From contig JARFYF010000050.1 in assembly GCA_030265395.1 (NCBI GenBank), positions 10,179,969-10,241,892 on the forward strand: a DNA stretch of 61,924 bases, given 5' to 3'. The notes below the pieces were generated by a model. It saw nothing but the letters and a program-made list of their open reading frames with translations, did no database searches and was not told the origin of the DNA. A program made the position numbers and the translations under genes. This stretch comes from Rhina ancylostomus. Its lineage: Eukaryota. Positions 36,601 through 46,480 of this stretch are shown one piece after another. Positions within the stretch are counted from its first letter, which is position 1, and the number at the start of each line of letters is the position of its first letter.

Positions 36601-36970
36601 TTAATAACAAGTCAACCTATGCCAGTGTTCCCAAAATGATGACAATCAACTACATTCATTAACTTTGGAACGTAATCAATAATAATAACATTGCTCAGAG
36701 CAGCTGGATGCACCTACCTTGTTTTTTCGTTGGGGTGGAACAAGCATTTTGCTCCCCAGCAGCCCCTTCGGGTTTAGGGTTCAAAATTACATATTTACTC
36801 TTCAGCGATTCAAGCTGATAGGAAAAACTCTTGCTGGCGGGCTCAAATTCAATCTTTTGAAGAAGAACCTTCTTTGCTGAAGCCGCCAGCAGTTTGTTGA
36901 GGTCACCTTCGTCAGTAGAATCTTTTCGTCCAGGCTTCAGGGCTTCTTTCAATTTGTCTACTATAGGCAT
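523..36970 (-). CDS. USP36: USP36 ubiquitin carboxyl-terminal hydrolase 36, spliced CDS (18 coding exons in window, ~1130 codons, 3' end outside window)
   Basis: The N-terminus [17 protein letters not shown]...[22 protein letters not shown] is characteristic of USP36. The complete USP domain is reconstructed across exons: Cys box [19 protein letters not shown], His box [15 protein letters not shown]-terminal motifs are [27 protein letters not shown] and [11 protein letters not shown]. Exon phases chain consistently. Confidence 0.97.
1423..1596 (-). CDS. USP36: USP36 coding exon 17
   Basis: tttcag|(V)PVILWDSQ...[19 protein letters not shown]|gtagag; 174 nt; conserved ELLKxSSxKAYG motif. Confidence 0.9.
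2985..3302 (+). mobile_element. LINE 3'-end repeat (Rex/Babar-like TTRFKNS terminus plus 3'UTR)
   Basis: cccacaccaccagattcaagaacagc... and AT-rich tail. Related copies at ~1980-2245 and ~4335-4567, and reversed at ~39004-39167. Clade assignment is tentative. Confidence 0.55.
3358..3560 (-). CDS. USP36: USP36 coding exon 16 (basic, nucleolar-localisation-like tract)
   Basis: tag|[24 protein letters not shown]...[11 protein letters not shown]...GGQP|gtaggt; 203 nt. Resembles the human EAMEESPRKKKKKKRK region. Confidence 0.87.
4226..4880. repeat. Inverted repeat, arms 4226-4326 and 4780-4880
   Basis: Manual alignment: 101-bp arms, about 7 mismatches, no gaps. Confidence 0.92.
5354..5469 (-). 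CDS. USP36: USP36 coding exon 15 (basic tract)
   Basis: cag|[38 protein letters not shown]|gtgcgt; 116 nt. Phase 0-2 fits the next exon; an alternative donor is at 5350. Confidence 0.75.
6070..6541 (-). CDS. USP36: USP36 coding exon 14
   Basis: ttttag|(R)TFPPTPKMQ...[10 protein letters not shown]...GGACDQLQ|gtaagt; 472 nt open; Ser- and Lys-rich. Confidence 0.85.
6780..7520 (-). mobile_element. Probable RTE-type LINE remnant
   Basis: Minus-strand remnants LENVDH.RYIGS..., ETWPR..KHLKALE and WLGHLV resemble the RTE ORF C-terminal half; many stops. Confidence 0.5.
8809..8958 (-). CDS. USP36: USP36 coding exon 13 (mostly inside N-gap 8828-8951)
   Basis: Pyrimidine-rich acceptor ...tactttttag|accacc immediately right of the gap and strong donor ...aaaactcg|gtaaga immediately left of it. 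It supplies the phase 0->2 exon needed between 17205 and 6541 (...SANKT R TFPP). True length is uncertain. Confidence 0.75.
11440..14130 (+). mobile_element. Old L2/CR1-group LINE remnant interrupted by Penelope-type inserts
   Basis: Degenerate endonuclease- and RT-like segments (LDLILT, YPACGK..VCPV, cttgatatccagccagtatttgacc) with a tail related to 38690-38740 (tgctgg..ccatgcccacatcc). Confidence 0.55.
12530..13020 (+). mobile_element. Penelope-like element 3' end
   Basis: NIEFSNFQ* C-terminus, pyrimidine-rich 3' region, then gatgcagcctgacctgctgagttcctc...ccagcatctgcagtctc terminal repeat. Confidence 0.7.
15020..15625 (+). mobile_element. CR1-clade LINE fragment (RT region joined to 3' end), frameshifted
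   Basis: [30 protein letters not shown]...[13 protein letters not shown] and [20 protein letters not shown] are typical CR1 ORF2 RT motifs. The 3' end has a tactgttctatgttc tail. Confidence 0.9.
16466..17192 (+). mobile_element. CR1-clade LINE 3' fragment
   Basis: [17 protein letters not shown]..., [25 protein letters not shown], followed by 3'UTR; stops and frameshifts present. Confidence 0.88.
17205..17963 (-). CDS. USP36: USP36 coding exon 12 (large Ser-rich disordered exon, contains a 100-N gap)
   Basis: tag|[21 protein letters not shown]...[17 protein letters not shown]|gtgggt. The ending matches the conserved USP36 MSPPPAK(K/R)LALSAKK motif. Gap at 17536-17635. Confidence 0.9.
18040..18790 (+). 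mobile_element. Highly degraded CR1-type LINE
   Basis: Remnants of WQxxFxxxK, LIRPHxxYxxxFWSP and the 3' end, with no intact frame. Confidence 0.5.
20347..20485 (-). CDS. USP36: USP36 coding exon 11
   Basis: cag|(R)[46 protein letters not shown]|gttagc; 139 nt; phase 2-0 fits both neighbours. Confidence 0.88.
20728..20828 (-). CDS. USP36: USP36 coding exon 10 (catalytic Asp, end of USP domain)
   Basis: cag|[33 protein letters not shown]|gtcggt; 101 nt. Confidence 0.95.
21384..21524 (-). CDS. USP36: USP36 coding exon 9 (catalytic His box)
   Basis: cag|[47 protein letters not shown]|gtgaga; 141 nt. Confidence 0.96.
21991..22102 (-). CDS. USP36: USP36 coding exon 8
   Basis: tag|(K)[37 protein letters not shown]|gtgaat; 112 nt. 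Confidence 0.95.
23238..23320 (-). CDS. USP36: USP36 coding exon 7
   Basis: tag|[27 protein letters not shown]|gtaagt; 83 nt. Confidence 0.95.
23835..23965. repeat. Palindromic Penelope-pseudo-LTR-derived repeat
   Basis: acaatctgctggaagaactcagcaggtcgagcagcatc-cgtgggaa-gatgctgctcgacctgcgagttcctccagcagattgt. Relatives at ~11836-12035, 19205-19365, 34325-34470, 51660-51850 and 56760-56925. Confidence 0.8.
24532..24602 (-). CDS. USP36: USP36 coding exon 6
   Basis: aag|(V)[23 protein letters not shown]|gtaagt; 71 nt; contains the first CxxC of the fingers subdomain. Confidence 0.95.
25050..25900 (+). mobile_element. Degraded CR1-type LINE 3' fragments (two adjacent copies)
   Basis: Same C-terminal and 3'UTR signatures as the other CR1 copies (YKIMR..., gagagtggttgatatctggaac, ggcaaatgggattag...gggctgaagggcctgt). 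Confidence 0.65.
25981..26048 (-). CDS. USP36: USP36 coding exon 5
   Basis: aag|(K)[22 protein letters not shown]|gtaagt; 68 nt. Confidence 0.94.
26519..26621 (-). CDS. USP36: USP36 coding exon 4 (QEDAHEF box)
   Basis: cag|(K)[33 protein letters not shown]|gtatgt; 103 nt. Confidence 0.95.
27426..27536 (-). CDS. USP36: USP36 coding exon 3
   Basis: Not in the ORF track; read manually. cag|(C)[36 protein letters not shown]|gtaag; 111 nt. Confidence 0.95.
27810..29210 (-). mobile_element. Penelope-like element remnant (RT fragment, GIY-YIG endonuclease, pseudo-LTR)
   Basis: The minus strand gives GTCMVPS (degenerate GxxMG RT motif), [13 protein letters not shown] (YIG-like motif) and [23 protein letters not shown] (typical PLE C-terminus), then a terminal repeat with CTGATGA...GAAA. 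Confidence 0.75.
32573..33186. other. Assembly gap (largest in window)
   Basis: Run of N. Other gaps: 8828-8951, 12912-12963, 16366-16465, 17536-17635, 29284-29411, 55719-55879, 57928-58027, 60375-60474, plus a few short ones. Confidence 1.
35262..35480 (-). CDS. USP36: USP36 coding exon 2 (catalytic Cys box)
   Basis: cag|...[12 protein letters not shown]...[38 protein letters not shown]|gtaagt; 219 nt, phase 1-1. Confidence 0.96.
36718..36970 (-). CDS. USP36: USP36 coding exon 1 (exon begins at 36979 with 9 nt of 5'UTR)
   Basis: Acceptor ttgtatttcag|, Kozak-like gcacc[27 protein letters not shown]...KKQ, donor |gtaggt; 253 nt, ends phase 1. Confidence 0.96.
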
Positions 36971-37959
36971 GGTGCATCACTGAAATACAAAACGCAACAA
37001 ACCAGTTCATCTTCTGCCAGCAGCATGGTGAACTAATCAATGCAAGGATAATCTCACATGAACAGCAGCAGCATGCTAAACCAAAGCCATCACAATAAAT
37101 TTATTAAAATAAATAAACTTGGACCACTAATCATCACTCCGACTCTCTCCCTAATTCCACAGGTCGAAGAACAGCACATTTCTCGAGAACATGCGAGTCA
37201 GTGAAATTACATTCAGAATTCACAAGGTATTCCAAGCTGGAAAATCTGTCCCCTTGAAATAAAAAGGACCTCAGGCAAAGAGAGAAGTAGGAAAAAGTGT
37301 CACACAGGGTCACAATTATATACAAAAGTTATTAGATTACCTTTCATCAAAGGTTCATTACAACTCACGTCCATGGTGTACCTCTCAATGCGCCTATGAC
37401 TCTAACTGTGGTCACACACTTAAGACACAGTTTCCAAAGATGGAAATATTTTAGGTTTTTTTTAAAGGTAGAATTAGGGTAAGTTCAACTCCCTTTTGAC
37501 AGAGATGTACCAAACTCAGGGTTAAGAAACAAAATTCTCCAAAAGATACTATTGAGGAACAAAAGTCCCATAAATAATGCATATTCTTCCATCATTTCTA
37601 TACCCATGAAACACATTACAACATTCCACATTGAGTTCTGTTTCACTTTTCAGAAAAGAATATCAGATCTGACCCCTTTACTGTTTAACCAAACTCTTTA
37701 ACATTTGAATTCTAATCTTTTGTAGATACACAGCATGCAGAAGGTAATCTACCTTCCCTTCACAAATTCCTAGGAACACAGCAGGTAGCAAAGTGTCACC
37801 GTCCACAATTTATGCAGAGGTTGCAGTTAGGTTTTAATTTTTGTCAAATTTGGTTAATTCCTGATAATTCACTGAAACATTTATTATGTACTTTTATTTC
37901 CCTACCGTATCTCAAAATATATTTTCCTGAAGACATGCAAAAGAACTGCAATTATCTGG

Positions 37960-38745
37960 AATTATTCACTGAAATTTAGATCTAGATAACTATTCAGTTA
38001 TGGGCTGACAAGATGGCAAGGAACACAAGTGTTGGGCAATGACCATCTTCAATAACTTACCTTTGACCTTCAATGGCATTACCATTGCCAAATCCCACAC
38101 CATCAACATCTAGGGGATCAATACTACCAGAAACTCAACTGGACCAGCCACATAAAGACTGTGGCTATACGAGCAAGTTAGAGGCTGGGTATCCTGTGGC
38201 TAAGTTACTCATCCCCTGATAACCCAAGATCATTCCAAGGTACGAGTCAGGAGCCTGATGGAATACTATTCACTTGCCTGGAGAAGTGCAGCTCCAACAA
38301 CTCTCAACAAGCTTGACAACGCACCCCACTTGACCGGCACCTCATCAACCACCCTAAATGTTCTTTTTTTCCCCCATCACCTATTGCACATGGTGGCTGC
38401 AGTGTGTGCCATCTACAAAATGCACTGCAGCTGCTCAACCAGGTTACTTTGACAGCACTTTCCAAACCCATGACATTTATCATCAAGAACAACAGATTCA
38501 TGGGAACACCACCACCTGCAGGTTCCCCTCAAAGTGGCACACCATCCTGACTTGGAAGTGGCCAATTCCTTATTGTCACGGGGTCTGAATCCTGGAACCC
38601 CCTACCCAAAAGCACTTGTGAGTACCTTCACACCAGAAAAGCAACAAGACACCAGTTTACCACCACCTTCTCAAGGACCATTAGGGAAGGGTAATAAATG
38701 CTGGCCTTGCCGGAGACACCTGAATTCCAAAAATGAATGAAAATA
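37960..38745 (+). mobile_element. L2/CR1-group LINE 3' fragment
   Basis: VRSLMEYYSLAW..AAPTTLNKLD ORF2 C-terminal remnant and tail aataaatgctggccttgcc...aaaaatgaatgaa. Confidence 0.7.
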
Positions 38746-38777
38746 AAATTCAAGATCAGGTCAGCCTAACTACTGCC

Positions 38778-39227
38778 CAGGCCATCCACAGCTAATGACT
38801 GGGTTCAGTTCTTATAGACGTCCTTAAGTCAGAAAATACATAAAAACTACTAGATATGGTAACCATACCTCCATAGTGTTGTAATGAATAGCATAAGGCT
38901 GATAAGAACAATTATTAAAAGTGGAGAGAGGAAAATGCTTCTGCTGTTCGTAGGAACGAACATACGTATGCAAGTCTGACGTCTAATTTTAATAATATTA
39001 TGGAAGTCAAAGTTTTTTGGGATATGCACAAGTGTAACCATGCTGAGGTGTAATGAAAAACTTATTTGCAGCAGCATCACAGGCACGTAACATTATACAA
39101 GCAACATTCACAAGAAAAAACACAAATTAAAACAATTTTTACAAGAAAGAACACAATTAGAACAAAGTTTATTCATACATGTAGGTGATGCCCATTATTT
39201 GGGTGTTCGTAACCGGGGGACAGCCTG
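38778..39227. mobile_element. MITE with Tigger/TcMar-like terminal inverted repeats, interrupted by an insertion at ~39004-39167
   Basis: Ends caggccatccacagctaatgac ... gttcgtaaccgggggacagcctg. The internal sequence is the reverse complement of 50707-50997. Confidence 0.7.
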
Positions 39228-42200
39228 TCCACTGTAATTATAAAGAAAAAATATAGCATAATTTTAATGGGTAAAATTAATTTTCTCCTCCGCTAATGGA
39301 ACATGAATGAAAGATTTCATAAGCCCATACTGTTTGCCAATACAATGAAAATGAGAATGAATGCACTACATTCATGCTAATATTTGTATTGATTTAGCTA
39401 TTTCATTCTGACTTGAAGCAAACAACATTGAAGACAGGCACCTGGTTTTGCAGAGATTGGATTCCAAAGCAGAGGCTTCAGCAAATACAGAAGGAACTGT
39501 ACAATCCAAGAAAAAAAATGGCTTACCATGAGGCAGAATTATGTTTGATTTCTTCAACTGTCACTTTTGATCATGATAACAATTAAATTTTAGTGTGGCA
39601 AATGAAGGTAAAATTTGATAGAAAGCAAAGGATCCCCTCCCTGCATACAATTATTCCTCGTCCCTTCTTTGATCTTCTTGCATTTTAAGTCTAATTATTT
39701 CTTTGCTGTGCTAACATTTTTTTCCACTCCCACTATCCTCCACATTTCTCCTCAGCATCTACATCAAACACATGAATACCATACACGTGTGCATCGCTTC
39801 CTGACTTGCTAGTTACAGAAATTTAATGGTCACTGTTTTTACAGACTGACAATTATGCAGCCGAAACTCTTAATGTACCTGGATTACAGGCTTTGTGCCT
39901 CAATGCATTTACTCCTACCTCAAAATTCCACCATCTGTGATTCATCAGCTTTCCTAAAATTAAATACCAATTCCAAAGAAAAATGATTTTACCAAACATT
40001 AACAGAGCACATTTTTTGTTTGCTGGTGAAGGCTACAAAGTAAAACTAATCTTGATTTTTTATTGTAGAATGAGGGTGGGCAATACAAGATTGAAAAAGA
40101 ATATTTCAAAATATTTTATCTCTTTGGTGACTGAAACAGAAGTATTTGGAAAAAAATACAATCTTTAACAAGGCAGCCAAATGAGTCATAAGTAAAACAC
40201 AGCTTACTTTTAAGTAACATAAAAAAATGAGTACAGGGATTTAACAGGTCTAGGCTTACTAATAAAGTGAGAGTGTCCATCAGTACAACTTGGAGAAGCA
40301 ATGGATTGATACAAGGACTTCCAAAAGGCACCCCCCTCCCCACCTCCACCATCTCAACACTCTGGATTCTATCCACACTTGGATCCAACGAAGTACAAGT
40401 GGTCCAAGAAAAACAACAGAGCCTGAGGACTCTCAACACGGCAGATGTGTTGGAAAAAATTAAATATTTACAGATTAAGGCTTAATTAATTCATCTGGCC
40501 AGGTGACCAACTCCAAAGCAGGTTCTCTAAGACCTAGATTTTAGAACAACTATCTGTGGAAGACTGCGAGGTCGTGATGGGCTGAAGGGGAGAAAAGTCT
40601 TTGGAACTTTAAACATTTAGTTTTAATTTTTCACCTTCACAGTTACTAAGTTTCCAGCACTGCCAATAAATTGTCAAATTCACAGTTAACATCTTTTCAT
40701 TAGTAAAACTTTCCAATAATTACCCATATTTTGGTGACAAATTTGTTGATGCATTCACTGGTAATTTTACATTCCTTACAAATATCTACAAAGGAACATA
40801 AAAGAAAAGCTACAGAACTCCAAAGCAAGCAAGGCGGTAGAACAGAACAAATATATTAAAAAAATCAAATTACAACATTTCAGTGTGCAGTGTGAGTAGA
40901 GCTCAATAACAGTCAGTGACAACAAAGACAGTCATGTCTTGAAAGATCCACATCATCATTATTTTCTCAGTAGATCACCAAGCAATATAGTGTCCCATGT
41001 ATAAGCTACTCCAACAGCTTGCAAGCTGAGAAATTCCTATTTGCATAACGTACTAAAAACTGCATCATTAACTCCCATGTAAACAAACTGGATTCAAAGG
41101 CAATTAAGTGCCAGTAGCATTTTTGTACTTACAATACATATGAATTTATAAAACCATAGATCACAGTAAGTCAACTGGCAAATTGCATGTCAAACGGAAA
41201 AGTGTTTTCAGAAGGCACCGGATTTGAGCTTTCCAGATATTTGAGCACATATCAGCCACCACTGAATTTAACTTTAAAACAATAACATTCATTTTCTACA
41301 GTTGTCTTAATTTTCTATCATTTTAGCATTTTTAATTTTGTTCATTAAATTGACTTTAATTTTTTGAGACTGCATTCAACACTTTCTAACAGTATCGGGT
41401 GTCGGTGATCCTGGATATACAGCACATCAGCTCAAAGCCTTGCTGGCTCTGGGACAAATTGGCCACTGAAATGAAAGGCTGGCATTAGAAATGAAAATTC
41501 CCACAATGGCTCTGATGAGTTTGGGATTATGGCAGAATATAATATTTACTCTGCATGTCTGAGCATTGCTCTGTGCAGGTCAGACAGCAGTGAGTACAGG
41601 CAGCTCCCCATCCACCATATCCTGTGAACCACAAGATTCTTGTGCTGCATCTTGCAGGGACCTGCATGCAAATTGGTTGTCATACTCTATATTACAAATG
41701 TGACTACATTCTTCAGACATTGTGAAACGTGCTATAGAAATACAAGTACTTGCATTTTTAAAAAAACATTGCTGTGTCCCTCAGTCATTCCTGCTCCAAT
41801 GATGATTTTAAGCACAGAAAAATGTTAGAAATAAATCAAGGACACAAAGATTACTTCTTTAAATTGGGGAATAAAAAAAGATTCTTTGGCAAGTGTCATT
41901 TTAGGTTACCAACAAAAAATCAGAATACTATACTTTCTTTTCCTAGATTTAGCCTACAAAAGGATTTGCAGTAAGGAACTATCACAACATCCCAGTGTGT
42001 AAAAAAATGGAGAAAAGGCTCGACAAGCCTCAAGTGTAATTTATATTATTTGTGCATTGCAGTGTTAATTTGATTTTACAGCGTAAACATAACTTGAATG
42101 GGATATATAGAGCTCAAGATGAAATGAGACTACCGGGAGGAGACAGGATTACTGTTTTCTATCAGAACCGTGAAATAGAAGTATTCCACTCTTAACACTG

Positions 42201-43719
42201 TTTCACTGTCAGTGACCTGTATAAAAGACTAAATATTTGATTCTACACAAATACTGAAACTGTGGGCAATGAAAGTGTATTTAAAGGATCAAGTTGATTT
42301 TAAAAAAATGAATAATTTTAAGTGAATTTTCATATTTAAGTATTTTCTTTAATGAGAACTGTTTTGGTTCATGCGGGCGGAAGGGGAACATTGAACCTTT
42401 TGGGTTATTTGTTCTGTGAAGTTTCTACTTTCCTACTCAACTATTTGATTGAATTGGAGCTAACCTGATAGGACTCTCAAAGACACCCACCCTGTTATGA
42501 GCTTGTGTACATCACAGATGTATTAGAAAATAACCACCAAACAACACTATTTTGCATTCAAAGGGATGAAATTTGGGTGGTTTCAATTTTGCAATAATTT
42601 CAATAGCATTTCTCCGTTACAAAACGTGAGAGTAAATCAAAAGTACTCCTACATCCAGTGGTATTTTCTTTCATAAAAAGGTGCCAATTTCGGGTGAACT
42701 GGTTCTGCTCTAAGGGCTACTATCGTTAATTCCCTCATTCAGTTATCAAAATATTCATCTAAACAACCTAAAACATAGAGTGTACAATTTGGTTTAAAAT
42801 GATTTCATTCCTGTGCAAGATTACCAGTGTTCCTTTAAGAGTGGAGACATCTGCAATGTAAATATTGTACACTTCTAGATTTCTTAGTTACAAGTAGCTG
42901 CAGGAAGGCAATTTTAAAAAAAAAGCCTGATATTATCTCTCTGGCATGACAACCCCTTTCCTGACTGATTGCTCAGTTCAAGGCATTCCTTGGCATTATG
43001 AATCAAGCAACAATTCATATGATCATACAACAGTAATGCATGAAGCAGAAAGCACAGTACTTAAGATATCTTAAAGAATATTACAGAGCTATAAAGATTA
43101 GAACACACAAACTCAATAAATAAAGCCAAAAAAATCTTCCTTTGATAAACACTTAATAGCCATTTTGAAATAGGAGGAAATTACAATCCATGCAAAATTT
43201 TTCTTCTTTCTGGGCCAGGTTTGCTAAGAAATTATCATAGCTTAGATTACTGCAAAAAAAAACCTTTCATTCATGCAATATGCTTCACATTTTCAGGATA
43301 TTTTGCAGCAAGAATAGTTTGCAAATAAGTTGATGTTTACATCACTTCATTATCCAGTTATGCCACTGAAGGTTATAGACATAGCGCAGTGTGAGAGGAA
43401 ATGGGAACCACCGAAGGCAACTTCTGTATTTCTGCACTGAGCTGGGAATGTACAAAGTCCAGGTATTGCTGTCAGTTTTCCTGTGTGATAATGTAAAACA
43501 ATGAGCTTTACCATCATCACGACGACAGATTTCAAGAGATTCATCCCAGCAAGAAAACAAGTAGTTTGAAAATCAAAAAAAAACTGCTGCTTCTGGAAAT
43601 CTGAAATAAAAATAGAAAATGCAAGGATCACTCAGCTGGTCAGACACCAACTGTGGAAAGAGAAAAGGTTAATTGAGCCTTGAGGAGGATGCAGAGAAGC
43701 TCCAGGATAATTTGGACAG

Positions 43720-44525
43720 GCTGAGAGTGGACAGATAAATGGCAGGTGCAGTACAACGTGAATAAATGTAAGGTCATCCACTTTGGTGGCAATAACAGCA
43801 AGGCTGATTATTATCCAAATGCCGATAGATTGGGGGAGAGGGAGGGGGAGGGAGGAAATGCAACGAGACCGGGGTGTCCTTGTGCACCAGCTGTTGAAAG
43901 AAAACAGGCAGCTGCAAAATATGCTGGCCTTCAGAGCAAGATTCAAGTACATTGGGAAGGATGTTTCGCTGCAGTTGTCCAGGGCCTTGGTGAGATCACA
44001 TCATGAGTATTGTGTGCAGTTTTGGTCTCCTTATTTGAGGAAGGATATTCATACTATAGAAGGAGTTCAGCAAGGATGCACCAGGCTGATTCCTGGGATA
44101 GCAGATCTGACATAAGGAAAGAGATTAAATTAATTCCGTTGATATTCGCAAGAGTTTGGAAGAACCCATAAAATTCTAAAAGTACTAAACAGATTAGATG
44201 CAGGAAGGCCAATGGTCAAGAGTCCAGGACACANNNGGTGTCACTGTCTAAGGGTAAGGGTAAGCCGTTTAAGACTGAGATTTCTTCTCACAAAGAGTGG
44301 TGAAGCTGTGGAATTCTCTACCACAGAAAGGGGTTGAAGACAAATCTTTAAATATATTAAATAAGGAGATGGATATTTTTCTTTGGGCTAGAGGGATCAA
44401 GGATATGGAGAGAAAGTTTGGACAGGATACTGGATTTGAATGATCAGTCACGATCACACTGAATGCCAGATGAGGTTCTAAGGATTGAACAGTTTACTCC
44501 TGTTCCCATTTTGTACATTTCTATC
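43720..44525 (+). mobile_element. CR1-clade LINE 3' fragment
   Basis: QYNVNKCKVIHFG, LQLSRALVRSHHEYCVQFWSPYLRKDI, FFSQRVVKLWNSLP-like segment, 3' tail. Confidence 0.88.
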
Positions 44526-46084
44526 ATTTGAACTATCCAAGCTCAACCTGAAAGCAAAATATTTCACAACAACCCCATCCAATTTTTATCCACTTGCTGA
44601 ATTAAAATTTTAACACCCACCAATATTCCCAGAGGCATCAGCTCTCTTCAAACATGCCGTCATCATTTTTTCCAATATCTACGCATCTGATGAAGTCCTC
44701 CCCAGTTCTGCCAACTGATCATATAATCAAGCACTCTTCCAGGAAGATTCACCTTCCCTACAATATTGTTCCTTTCCCTAACATCAAGGCCAACAGCCAC
44801 AGCTTTTAGCAGCCATCTGTTTACCTTTACTTCTAGTACCTATCACTGTGTAGACATGCATGTCAATGCTGTTCTATGAGCATCTTACCATTTCCTTTTC
44901 CTGAACAGTTGCATACAAAGCATACCTGCCTTTTTCCTCACTAACGAGATAATTCTGCTTCTTTGTGTCATGCCTGGATTAGCTCAAAAAGGATTTCAAA
45001 TTGTGCATGTTTAACATTTTTAGTGACTTTTTTTTATATAAACTGATTCACGAGTCTCCATTCATCTCTTATTTAAATGACACGTCAAATGTCAGAGTCA
45101 GTATTTTTTTCATCCCTTCCAATGGATCACCTGGTTCAGCCCAAACTCTAAGATTCCTGAACCAAAACTCCTTTAAATTGGCTGAATTCAACTTTTATAA
45201 ACTGAGGAGATTGTTAAATTTTGAATGGCAAATGACCTCCCTTTCAAATTCAGAGAGAAGCCACTGCAGGATGGACGAAACAGAATACTTAGATCATGCA
45301 CAACACACAACTTTGTTGTTAAACTTAGTATGATATTATATTGAAAAAAACCCCACAAAACATAGAAGCAAACAGGCAATACAAATTGCGTTTCCAGGTA
45401 AAGCATAACCTTATCTTTGAATCACATGAGGATACTTACACAGGTCAGTTAACTGGCCTTAAGGAATTACAATTTCAAATCTATTTTTTTTTAAAAAAAG
45501 AGGTACAGTATGTTACAGCACCAGGATAAATGAAAATGCCATTTTTTCATGAAGTCACAAAAATGTTTAGTACGGCACAAAATTTTCTTCTGAGTATAAA
45601 TCATGCATTTTTAAAAAGTTTATGTCAGCTGCTTAGCTGCATTCCAAAATGCAGCATTGTTAGGAATCAAATGCTGGGGAGTACTTAACAAAAAGCAATG
45701 TTTTTACACTATTTCAAAGTTACTTTTCTCCCATAAAATGTGTGCAAATTTAACAGAGCAAAAAAATTAACTTGCCATGAAATATCAAAATGCATTGCTT
45801 TAAAAAAATTCTTCACATCAAAAACCATAATTTTATTGCTTAAGAAGTCTTGTAAAACATTTCACAATATCTGTTATATCTCTGACTTGTAATGAGTAAA
45901 TTGCAGCGCAAAGCAATTCTGTTTGGTTTGGCAAGTGTTGTTTTAAACACCTTCAGTGTTGTGAGATGCCTTTGACAAAGTGGTTCCCACCACCAACCAT
46001 CCTTCTGCCAAATTTCCAGATCACATTAACCTTCTCTACTTTGCCAGATTTACCCACTGCTATTAGCAAGACTCCTCAGTTTGG

Positions 46085-46480
46085 AGCAATCCCACCCGAG
46101 TCAGAAGGCTGTGCATCCCAGTACTCTGCTGGAAGCTTGAACACAAAAATCTGGACTGAAGCTCCAGTGCAGTACTGCAGGAGCACTACAATAGTGGAGG
46201 TGCCATCATTGAGATGAGAAGCAAAACCAAGGCCCCATTCACTCTCTCTGGCAAAACTGAATCCATGAGACCATTTAAAAGTTTTAAATGTTATTTCTGT
46301 GATTGAAAATACAGAGGGAAGATTTGGGTCGGGCTGGTCATCAACTCAATTCTGTTTTGTGGGAACTTAATTTGAGCAAATTTGTTGTCGTGTTTCCTTT
46401 ATTAAAATAGTGACTGCACTTCAATGTTGGTAAAATGCTTTAGGAAACCCGAGAGTGAAAGGAACTTTCTTTTTATTCTG
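46085..46480 (+). mobile_element. DeuSINE-like (SacSINE1/AmnSINE-related) element, degraded
   Basis: ctccagtgcagtactgcaggagcac...ggaggtgccatcattgagatgagaagcaaaaccaaggcccc resembles the Deu-domain. A more decayed reverse copy probably lies at about 52400-52700. Confidence 0.6.

Noticed and set aside
523-36970. Assignment to the paralogue USP42 or USP17
   Set aside because: The N-terminal [17 protein letters not shown] and C-terminal KAYG/LTW/WDEEFD motifs are USP36-specific.
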